A DNA stretch of 64,000 nt, taken from the NCBI GenBank assembly GCA_014905635.1, contig JABVCE010000004.1, positions 868,001 to 932,000 on the forward strand. Direction: 5' to 3'. This stretch comes from Scenedesmus sp. PABB004 (Eukaryota). Both the position numbers and the translations under genes were made by a program. The notes under the pieces were generated by a model. It was not told the DNA's origin and made no database searches. It worked only from the letters and a program-made list of their open reading frames with translations. Shown piece after piece: positions 1 through 10,528 of this stretch. The first letter of the stretch is position 1. Every line of letters begins with the position of its first letter.

Positions 1-2053
1 GCGGTGCTGGTCGAGGAGGCGGTGAGGCGCCGCGCCGCGGGGAGGGAAGCGCGGGCGGCGGGGCGTGCGCCGGCGGCGGGGCGCGCGCGGCAGCGGGGCT
101 CGCCCGACGGCGCCCGCGCCCAACCGCCTGCCCGCCGTGCCGCGCAGGACGCTGTGCCCGCGTTTGCGACGTTCACGCCCGCCGACGCCGCGGGGAGCGC
201 CCCGTCGCCCAAGCCGGCAACCTCGGCGCCGCCGCCGCCGCCGCCCGCCGCCGCCGCGCCGCCCAAGGCGCCCACGCCGGCGCCCTCGCCGGCGCTCCGC
301 GCGGCGGCCGCCCCCGCAGCAGCCGGTGAGCGGCGAAAAACGCGCGCGCCGCGCCGCCCGCCCTGCCGGCGCGCGCGCCGTGCGCAGCGGGCCCGCCCCG
401 CCCTCCTCAGCCACGCCCCGTCCGCCCCTCCCCGCCCCCTCCCCGCCCCCTCCCGCCACGCGCCCGGCAGGCGGCCGCGTGGTCGCGAGCCCCTACGCCA
501 AGAAGCTGGCCGCGCAGGCGGGCGTGTCGCTCGCGGGCGCGGCCGGCTCCGGACCCGGCGGCCGCATCGTGGCGGCCGACGTGCAGCAGCTGGTCGCCTC
601 GGGCGGCGCTGCGCCGGCGGCCGCGCCGGGCCTCGGCGGCGCCGCCGCCGCGGCCGCCGCGCCGGCGGGCGGCTACACGGACGTGGAGGTGCGCCGCGCG
701 CGCCGCGCGCTGGCCGCCAGCGCTGCCGGCGGCGCCGCCTCCGCCGGCCGCGCTCACCCCGTGACCACGCGCCCGGCGCGCAGGTGAGCCAGATCAAGCG
801 CGTCACTGCGGCGCGGCTGCTTGAGAGCAAGCTGACCATCCCCCACTACTACCTGACCATGGAGTGCGAGGTGCGGCACGCCCCGCCCGACCGCGTGGCC
901 GGCAGCCGCCAGCCGACGCCGCGGCTGCTCGCTGCCGCAGCGAGCTCCCGCCGCCGCCGCCGCGCCGCGCGGGGGGCGCTTTTGCCGGGGCCCGCGCGCC
1001 GCCGCCGGGGCCCGCGCGCCCACGCCGCCGCGCCGCGCGCCGCCGCCGGCGCGCGCCCGCGCCGCGGCGCAGCTCGACGCGCTGCTGGCGGCGCGCGAGT
1101 CGCTCAACGTCGCGCTGGCGGGGCGCGGCAAGCTCAGCGTGAACGACTTCATCGTCAAGGTGACCCACCTACCTGACTGCGGGGCCGGGCGGGCGCGGGC
1201 GGGCAGGCGCGGGGGTCGCACGGGGGTCAGACGGCCCCAGGGCGCGGCGCGCACGCCGCGCGCGCGCGGCCGCCGACCCCGCGGCCGCGCCGCGCCGGCC
1301 GCCGCGAGCAGGCCGCCGCGCTCGCGTGCCGCGCGGTGCCCGCGGTCAATGCGAGCTGGCGGGGCGACGTCATCCGGCAGTTCCACAACGTCGACGTCAA
1401 CGTCGCGGTCGCGAGCCCCGCGGGTGACCGCCGCGGCCGCGCACGCGCCGCGGCTGCGCAGGCGCCAGGGCCGCGCCCGCGCAGGCGCCGAGGAAAAGCC
1501 CGCGCGCCCACGCGCCCGCCCACGCCTGGCCGCGCGCCGCGGCGCCGCGCGCGCAGGCCTGATGGTGCCGTTTGTGCGCGATGCCGACACCAAGGGCCTG
1601 CTCGCCATCAGCCAGGAGGTCAAGGCGCTCGCCGCCAAGGTGCGCCGCCGTTTTCGCCCCCGAGCCCCCGCCGCCTCAGCTCGCTCCGCTCACGCTCACG
1701 CCGCCGCGTGCCGCTCGCGCACGCGCGACCGCCGCCGCCGCGCGCGCGCGCAGGCCAAGGAGGGGCGGCTGTCGCCCGCCGAGTTCATGGGCGGCACGTT
1801 CACGATCAGCAACCTCGGCATGTTTGGCGTCAAGCAGTTTGCCGCGATCGTCAACCCCCCGCAGGCCGCGATCCTCGCGGTCGGCGCGGCGCTGCCAAAG
1901 GTCGTGTCGGTCGGGCCCGACGAGTTTGCCGAGGCGACCGTCATGCACGTCACGCTCTCGTGCGACCACCGCGTCATCGACGGCGCGGTCGGCGCGGAGT
2001 GGCTCAAGGCGTTCAAGCAGCTGATCGAAAACCCCGTGCTCTTCGCGATGTGA
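1..2053 (+). CDS. DLAT: Dihydrolipoamide acetyltransferase (pyruvate dehydrogenase E2), multi-exon, 5' end outside the window
   Basis: Spliced exons give the E3-binding domain ([36 protein letters not shown]), [29 protein letters not shown] and the catalytic DHRVIDGA. Stop TGA at 2051-2053. Confidence 0.95.
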
Positions 2054-2059
2054 GGCGGC

Positions 2060-2137
2060 GCGGGGCGGGGCACAGGGCGGGGCGGGGCACAGGGCGGGGC
2101 GGGGCACAGGGCGGGGCGGGGCACAGGGCGGGGCGGG
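2060..2137. repeat. 17-bp tandem repeat (GCGGGGCGGGGCACAGG), about 4.5 copies, just after the E2 stop
   Basis: Units start at 2060, 2077, 2094 and 2111, with a partial unit at 2128. Confidence 0.9.
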
Positions 2138-5100
2138 CCGGGGGCGGCTGGGGCGCGGGCGCGGGCTGCGGGCTGCGGCGGCGGCGGCCACTGCTGCCGG
2201 GCGCGCGCTCGGCGGGCGCGCGAGTGCGGGCTGGGCTGCGCGTTAAACGACCCGCAACCCGCACGCCGACCGACCGAGTCTCGCGCCGGAGCCGCCGGGG
2301 TTCGAACCCGGCGAATGCTGGGCCCGCGGGCGCCCAGCACGGCAGCCTGCCGCTCCTGACGTCCGGCTGGCAGGGCGGCACGGGGCCACCCTGCCAGCCG
2401 AACGGGGGGCGACGCCCGGCACCTGGCAGCCGGGCGCCACCCGCCATGCAGGTGCAGTGCGCACGCAGGCAGGGTGCGCCAGGTCAGGCAGGGGCGGGCG
2501 AGCGCGGCGCGTCAGCGGGCAGCAGCACACACCGTCGACCTCCAGCAGCAGCAGCACGGTCAAAGAGAGCCTGCAGGACGCGGTGCGCGCGCGGCGGCAG
2601 CGGGCGGAGCTCCCCCCCCCTCCCCCCCAGCAGCAGCAGCGCCCCTCCCGCGCGACCGCCACGCAGCGAGCCCACCAAAGCAGCAGCAGCAGCACCAGCA
2701 TCAAACCACCAGCCAACTCTGCGCGTGTGTGTGCGGCGGCGCGGCGGCGGGCGCGCGGCCCACCCCGGCGGCGCCCCAGGCGCGAGCACGAGCACGGCAG
2801 CAAACGCGCGCGCCAAAACGCCCATACCACGTGGGCCGAGGTGAGGTGAGGGGTGAGAACAGACGCACACAGCTCGACCTGTGAGCACGCGGGCGGCGGC
2901 GCCGCCCCGCCCAGCGCGGCCCGAGCAGCAGCAGCAGCAGCAGCAGCAGGCCAGCGCGCGCGCAGGGGCGCGGCAGCGCGGCGTTCACCAACGTGCATGG
3001 TGATGGAAACGCAGGCGCCCGGGAAAACCTGCAGCACGGTGACGGCGCGGGGGCGGCGCGGCGCGCGCGGCGCGCGCGCGCGGCCGAGCGCGCGATGCGA
3101 GACTCCGCTCACCACCAAAACAAGCACCAGGCGTGCGGCGACGATGCGTGTGAGTGGCGGCGGCAGCAGCGGCGGCGCAGGCAGGCAGGCGGGCGGCGCG
3201 GCGGGCGGTGCGATGTGGCGGCGCGATGGCAGAGTGAAGTGAAGTGGGCGCGACGAGCGGCGTGCGGGTGGGCGGTGCGTGAGGTGGGTGGGCGCGGCGT
3301 GCGGTGCGTTGACGAGGTGGTGGTGGGTCGGCCGTGTGTGTGTGGATCATGGTGAGAAGCAAGGAAGAAAGGAAGAAGGAAAGGGGTGAGGTGAGATGAA
3401 CAGAGATGAACAGCCGGGACGACGACGGAAGGCGGGCAAAAACCACCTGCGCAGCGTGCTGCGGCGGCGGCGGCGCGCCCCGGGCCCCCAGAAGGCAGGC
3501 GCGTGCACAGTGCCGATGCACAGGAGCTGTGTGCGGCCAAAGTGAGGTGAAACGCATCGCTTACACGGCAGGCAGGGCGCAGCAGGCAGGCAGGCAGGCG
3601 GGCAAAACGCGGCGGAAACGCAGGCAACTCCACCAAACGCAACGCGCGCGCGCGACCCGCGAGTGTTCCCAGCGCCTTACGTGACCGCGTGGGCGGCGGG
3701 TGGGCGCGTGTGGGCGGCTGCGGCTGGCCGTGGAGCCCTTGCCGTGTGCCTGGCGACGCGGCCTGCGCGCGCGGCGCGGCCCGAGGACGCAGGCGCGACG
3801 CGTGCTGTGCTGCCGCCGGCCCTCGCGCCTGTGACTCGCGGCGCGGTCCAAGCGACGCCTCTCGTTGCGCTGCCGCTGCCGCCGGGTGTTGGTTGGCTGC
3901 TGCCTCTGCGGCGCTGCTCTCCGGCTCGCCAGCGCGCTCCAGCTCCAGGCGCGGCAGGAGGCGGGCGACGGGGGAACGCCAGGCGCGCGCAGGCCAGTCG
4001 CCGCCGCTGGACCGCCGCGAGTGGGGCAAGCCGAGAGCGCGCGCGCCCACCGTGCCGCCGGGAGCGAGCGAGCGTAGGGGCGTGGGCGGCGTGCTTGGGT
4101 CTTGGGGAGGGCCGAGGATGTCGATGAAGATGATGCACGCAGTCCGCCAGGCGGGCTGCCGCAGGGTGGCGGGGCGGCTGCAGCAGAGCGGCGCGGGGCG
4201 CAAACCGCCACACCAGCCCGCCAGCGCGCCGAGCAGCCCTCAAGCGGCGCACGCAGAAGGGCGCGGCAGGGGCGCAGGCGATCGCGGCGCGCGCGCGCCG
4301 CGCCGCGCCGCAGCGGGGTGCGCTGCGCCGGCGCCGCCCGTGGTGGTGCTGCTGCTGCTGCGCCTGCGCAGGCCCGGGGGCGCTGCGGGCTGTGTCGCCT
4401 GCCGCTGCCGCTTCGCTGCTGCGCTGCCCAGCCAGCCGCCGGCGGCGGCGGCGGCTCCTGCGCCGGCTGCGCGCGGGCGGGCGTGGTCGCGGCGCGCGGC
4501 GCGCGCTGCCGTGTCGAGCGCTCTCTTGCGTCGGCGTGGGTGATGGGGGGTCGTCGTGGGCGGTCCCGGGTCGGCTCGGACGACGGCTGTGTGGCAGAGA
4601 CAGGGGCCTTCGGGATGCTGGTCGCGTGGGCGCGCTCCGCGTGGTGCTGGGAATGGAGGCCTGCGGCGCGCTCCCGTGTGGCGAGAGAAGCACGAGGCCG
4701 GCTCCGTGACGAGGCGAGGGCGCGGCGTGCAGGGGCCCGGCTCCATGCGGCAACAACGCGGGGGGTCTTCGTCTCCTTCAGGCGGGCTTGGTCTTCTGCG
4801 CCGCGCCGGGCGCGGAGTGCCTGCGGGCCGGCACATGAGTGTGGCGGGCGGCGAGGGCTCCGGGTGGCGCGACGACGGTCTTCTGGGAAGCTGCCCGAGG
4901 CTGCCGCGGAGGTCGCGCGGGGGGCCGTGCGGGCGTCGGGGCGGCGGCGGCTGGCCGCTGGCAACCACGGTGTGGGCGCGCGCGGCGCGGGCGCACGGGC
5001 CGCGGCGCGCGGGGCGCGGGCGTGCGCGCTGGGCGGGGCTGCCGGGGGCCTGTGGGCTGTCCCTGCGGCCGCGCGGGATGGGTGTGTGGCTGCCGGAAGT

Positions 5101-6238
5101 GGCGGCGCGGCAGCGGGGGCGCTGGAGAAGGCGCGAGGCAGGGCAATGTCAGAGCCCTCGCGGTCCAACAAAGGCGCGCAAGAGGTGCTCGCTTGCTGCT
5201 CGCGGGATTCGCTCGCAACCCGGCACCGCAGCCGGCGTTCGAGTGCTTGCACGCGCGGCACCCACCGCCGCCGGCCGCGCGACGCCTCGCGCGCGCAATC
5301 GCCGACGCGCCGCCACGCCACGCCGCCAATCAGCAAGCCCGTCCTGCTGGTCAAGACGTTGCCGCTGCCAATCCACACCACCCCTGCTGGTCAAGGGATG
5401 CGCCCTGCTGGCCAACCCACGCTGCGGGCGCGGCGGGCGGGCGCGCGGGCGGCCGGGCGCGCGCCCCCGCCGCGCCTTCTTTTCGCCGCCGCCGGCCGCG
5501 CGCGCCCCCGCCGCGCCTTCTTTTCGCCGCCGCCCCCGCGGATCAACAAGTGCGTGCCAGTGCTGCGACGCAAGCGCGGGCGACAGATGCGAGCAGCAAC
5601 ATCGGCGAGACCAGGGCGGCCCGCTGCCGGCGGCCGGCGCGCGGCGACCGCCCGCGGCCCGCGCGCGCGCGACGCGCGCGTTTGTGCCCTCCACACCCAC
5701 CCACCCTCGCCCTCACCCAGCCTCACACCCTCACACACACACACCAACCCCGTCCCCCGACAGTTCGCTGTGGCGACCAAAGCCGTGCGTGTGTGTGTGT
5801 GTCGAGCGCATCAACAATCAGCGCGGCGGGGGTGCCGCACAGCAGCAAAAGGAGGGTCACGGCTTGCGAGGCTGGGGTCATTTTGTTGGTCAAACCCCCT
5901 GGACGGGGGTCTGCGACGACGGCAACGAGTCGGGTCAGGGCCGCAGCGCGGGCCCGCGCGCGCGTGAGGGCCCTCACGCACGCGCGCGGGGCTCGCGCTC
6001 TGAGCCGACAGCCGGGCAGCAAAAGGCGCCCGCCGGCGGCAGCAAAAGGCGGCAGCATCAACGTGGTGCACCGGGCGGGCAGGCGGCAGCAGTCGCTGCC
6101 TGGCCGCGTCAACAGCCCAGCCGTCAACAGCGGTGCCAGGCGCGCGCGCGCGGCAAAAACCGACGCGGCGGCGCCGCGGCCGGCGCGGGCCTTCTTGGCT
6201 CAACAACGCACGCGCGCCCGCGCGCCGCCGCCGCGGCG

Positions 6239-9200
6239 TCAGGCGGCGCCGGCAAAGCAGTCCATGCCGGCCAGCTCGTTGAGGATCTGGCGCAGCTCCG
6301 GCAGCGCGCGGCGGCGCACGCAGTCCTGCAGGTGGGGGTAGGTGATGCACTGCAGCCAGTCGCGGTCGGGCGACCCCATGCCGCGCAGGCTGCGCGTGAG
6401 CGCCAGCCGCGCCTCGCCGCTGGCGCCGAGCAGGTTCATGAGCTTTGGGGCGGGGGGGGGGGGGGGGGGGGCAGCGGCAGGGCGCGGCGGCAGCGCGGCG
6501 GCGGCGGCGGCGGCGGCTCGTGGGCGGCGGCAGGCAGGATCAGCGGCGCGGCCGGCGGCGAGCGGGGCCGGCGCGGCCGGGCAGCACGCGCGCGCACCTG
6601 CACGAGCCCTTTGCCCACGACCAGCAGGTTGTCGGCGTCCGGCAGCACCGGCCAGCCGTCCGCGTCGTGCAGCAGCTCGGGGGCGGCAGCGGCGGCGGCA
6701 GTCGCCGCTGGCGGCGCGCCGCTGGCGTGGCGCGCGGCCTCCGCCGCCGCGCCGTCGGGCGCGGAGCCCGGGCTGCAGCTGCCCGGCACGCTGGCCAGGC
6801 CCGGCGGGGCCTTGCTGAAGCAGCTGGTGCCGCTGGTCGGGCTGCTGAGCATTGCGGCGCTCCAGCTCGGCCAGGCGTGCGGCGGCTGCTCGCCCTGCTG
6901 CTTGCCGCCGGCGCCGCCGTGCGGGCTGGCCGGCACGACGCGCCGCACCACCGCCACGCCTGCCATGTCGCCCCGCTCCTCCTGCGCGCGCGCGAGCGCC
7001 AGCACGTCGGGGCCGCACACGCCGCCCGCCCACGGCGCGCCGTGGTGGTGGTGGTGCAGCCCCGCGTCGCCGCCGCAGTCTGCAAGCGCGGCCGCCGCGA
7101 GCAGCCCCGCGGCGGCCTCGCCGGCGGCGGCGCCGACCAGCCGGCGGGTCCCGCCCAGCCGCCGCCGCCCGACGACGAGCAGCGTCGCTGCGGCGGGCGC
7201 TCGAGGTGCTGCTGGTGCGGGTGCGCGTGCGTCCGCGCCTGCTCCGCGTCCCAGGCCTGCTGCTGCGCCGCGGGCGGGTAGGACGCGTGCGCGTGCAGCA
7301 GCGCGGCGTGCTGCGCGCCGCCCCAGGCGTGCGGCTGCCCCAGGGCGAGCTGCTCCAGCGCCAGCGGCGCCTCCCACGCCGCCGCGGCCTCCCAGTGCGC
7401 ATAGAGCGCGTGCTGCCCCGCCGCGTCGCCGTCGGCGCCGGGGTGCGGCGCCGCGCGCTTGCGCTTGTGCTGGTGCGCCTGCCACGGCTGCGCGGCCTCC
7501 AGCAGCTGGTGGTGGTGCTGGTGGTGCAGCGCCGCGCCGCCGGCCTGGGCGCCCGCGTCGTAGCCGCCGCCCGGCAGTGGAAAGGGCCTGAACCTGGTGC
7601 CGGCTGGCAGCGCGGCCGGGTGCATCAGCCCGCTGCCCAGCGCCGCCGCGGCCGCTGCCGCGGGGTCCGGGCCCCAGCCGCTGGCGAGGCCGGCTGCGGC
7701 CTGCGCCTGGGCGCGGCAGGGCTGCTGCCGCCCTGCGGCCGCCGCCGCCGCCGCGTCGGCGCTCAGGTTGCCGCTGCTGCCGACGGCCTGCAGCTGCGCC
7801 GCGTGGTCAGCCAGCAGCCAGAGTGCCCCGGCGCTGCCGCCGGACGCGCGCGGCGGGGGCGTGGCGTCGGCGCTGCCCGCCCGGCCCGAGCTGCCGCCGG
7901 CCGGGTCGCCCGTCAGCGCACCGGCCGGAGCGGCGCCCGCCGCCGCTGCGGCGTCAGCCGGGCGCGGGCTGCGCGCGGCCGCGCCGCCCGAGCGCGCCGG
8001 CGTGGGCCGCGGGCTGCTGCCCGAGTCGGCCGGCCCGGCGCCCGCCGCGACGGCGGCGGCGTCGCCGCTCGGGGCCGGCGGCGGCGCGGCGCTGCTGCTG
8101 GCCATGCCCTCCACGCCCTCCAGCACGCACATCGCCTGCGGCTCGGCCGACATGAGCGCCAGCGCCGGCGGCAGCTGGGCCAGCTGCGCCGCGGCGGCGG
8201 CAGCCGCCGCCGCAGCCGCGGCAGCTGCCGCGGCCGGCGCGCGTGCGCCCTGCGGCGGCGCGGCGCGCGCGGGCGCCGCCGCCGCCGCGCCGGCCGCCCG
8301 GCTCTCGGCGCCGCCGCCGCGCGCCGCGTCGGCGCCGCTGGGCGCCGCCGCGCTGCTCGTCTCCGCGGGCTCCATCGCCGCGCTCACGGCGGCGCCGCCG
8401 GCGCTCGTCGACACGCTGCCCGCGGGGCGCGCCTGCCCGGTGTCGACGCGCAGCCGCACGACCTGCTGCGCGGGCAGCAGCTCCATGGTCGCAAAGGCGC
8501 CCCGGAAGCCCTTGAGCAGCTGGGACAGCCCCGACAGGTAGAACACAGGCTCCGCCTGCGCGGCGCGCGGGGGCGGGGGCTCTGGGGGCTCAGCGCTGGC
8601 TGCATTTGGGGCAGGGCGGCGCAGCAGCAGCAGCAGCGGGGCGGCGAGCTCGCGGGCGCCGCGCGCGGCGCGCGCCTTGGCCTTGGTGAGTATGATGCGG
8701 GCGCCGCAGACCAGAAACTGGTCGGCGCTGTCCACAAACACGTGTGCCGTGACGTCCTGCGGAGCGAGGCGCTCGAGTATGGCGGGCCACTGCGCACGGA
8801 GGAGGCGCTTGGGGATGTTGAGGTTGGGGCCGCCGACGAGCAGGCGCCCCTCCTTGCGCATGACCGCCGCCTCGGCCGCCTTGAGCGCGCCCGCCTCCAT
8901 CTCGGCGCGCAGCTCCGCCGCGCGGGCGGGGTCGGGCGAGTCGTGCGCGGGGAGGATGCCCTGCGTCGAGATCGACACCGCGAGCAGCGCGCCGGGGCCG
9001 GGCTTCTCCACGGCCGTGATCACGGGCTCGCGGAACGCCCGGAAGACCGCCTGCAGGCCCAGCAGCCAATGGTCGTTGCCGTTGGTCGCGTACACCTGCG
9101 GGGCCGCCGGCGCGGGGTGAGCCGGGCAAGCCTGGCCAGCCGGGACGGGCGCGCGCCGCCGGCGCGTGCGCCGGACCTGGCCGGGCAGCAGCACGCCGAG

Positions 9201-9293
9201 GGGCTGCCCGTCGACGTGCGCCTGCACGGTGACATTCTGGGGCAGCGGCTGGCCCGCAAAGTGCGTCTCAACGAAGCTCTTGTGCAGGTGCAC
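6239..9293 (-). CDS. Multi-exon protein of unknown function: two related N-terminal domains, a long low-complexity middle and a small C-terminal domain. Start not resolved.
   Basis: Spliceable exons VHLHKSFVETHF...PGQ|VYATNGNDHWLLGL...LTKAK|AEPVFYLSGL... and ...GKGLVQ|LMNLLG...DCFAGAA*. The model needs a frame change near 7110-7200. Confidence 0.65.
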
Positions 9294-9859
9294 CTGCGGA
9301 GCAGGCGCATTGCAGCAGCAGCGGCGGCGGCCGCGCCAGTGACGTGACGCGCCCAGCGCTGGGGCCGCGCCTGGCGCTCCCCGACATGCCCCGGCGTCCG
9401 TCGCGGCACGCTGCGCGCTCGCGCACCAGGCCGCTGCTAGGCTTGGCGCCCCTCGCGGCGGGCATGGCGACGTCCGGCCGCCCCCGTCAGCCCATGGCCC
9501 GGCGGGCACTCGCCCCCCCCCTCGCCTCAGCCCCGCTGGGCCCAGGGCGAGTGCAGCTTGGTCGCGGATCGGCTTTCCGCTCGACGGCTGACGGGGCAGG
9601 GCTGCGGAAGGCTGGTGTGGTCGCCAAGCGCGCCCGCGGCGCCGCTGGTCGACGCGTCTGGTCCGGGATCGGCGCTGTGCGCGGCGGCACGGCGAGCGGC
9701 GGAGTGCCGCCCAGCGAGGGACCAGAGCGAGGCGTCGGCGAACCCCTCGCTAGGAAGAGAGGGCGTGTGGGCGCGGCCCACCCGCACGCGCGCTCGATCA
9801 CGCTGTTGCAACGCCTCCTGCGCCACCCCGCCGCCGGCATGACCCCCAGCAACCACGAC

Positions 9860-10461
9860 CTAGCCCAGCGCCGGCGCCGCCTTGGCCACCAGGCTGTAGC
9901 CGCTGCGGTCGCCGCCGCCCACCCACTGCCGCACGCCCAGCGTGGCGCCCGCGAGCACCACCACTGCCAGCGCCCCCACGCCCGCGAGCGCGGTCCAGCC
10001 GGTCAGCGACACGCCGGTCACGCCGCCCTGGCGGTTGCGCGTGACCGTGGGCAGCCCCGTGCTGTCCTGCACCGCCGCGAGCGACGCGGTGACGGCCGAG
10101 AAGGCGGCGCCGCGCACGTCAAACGCGCCGCCCCGCTCCGACGACGGCGGCTCCGCCAGCGCAGCGAGCGCGTGGCACGCGTCGCTCAGCGCGGGCGCCG
10201 CGGGCGCGGCGGCCGCGGGCTTGGCGCCGGCCGCGGGCTTGGCGGCCTTGGCCGCGGGCTTGGCGGCCTTGGCCGCGGCCTCGCCAGCCTTGGCGCCGCC
10301 CGGCTGCTCCTTGCGCCCCGGCTCGGCGAGCAGGCGCCGCCGCCGCCGGTCCGTCGGTCCGCCCTTGGACATGCCCTCAACCTGCGCGGCGTGCGGGGGG
10401 GAGGCCGCAGGGTCACGCCGCGCCGGGGAGGGGGGGGGGGGGGGGGGCAGTGCGCGCGCGC

Positions 10462-10528
<67 letters not shown>

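Noticed and set aside
2060..2137. CRISPR-like array
   Set aside because: Contiguous tandem units with no spacers, in eukaryotic DNA with no cas genes.
2288..2357. Canonical tRNA gene or HDV-like ribozyme (GGCGAATG)
   Set aside because: There is no proper D-arm or anticodon loop, and I could not build the HDV P1/P2/P3 pseudoknot. Kept only as a structured-element candidate.
4556..7591. 1011-aa plus-strand ORF and similar long Arg/Ala/Pro/Gly-rich ORFs across the window
   Set aside because: Stops are rare at this GC content; these ORFs have no domain signal and often lie antisense to real genes.
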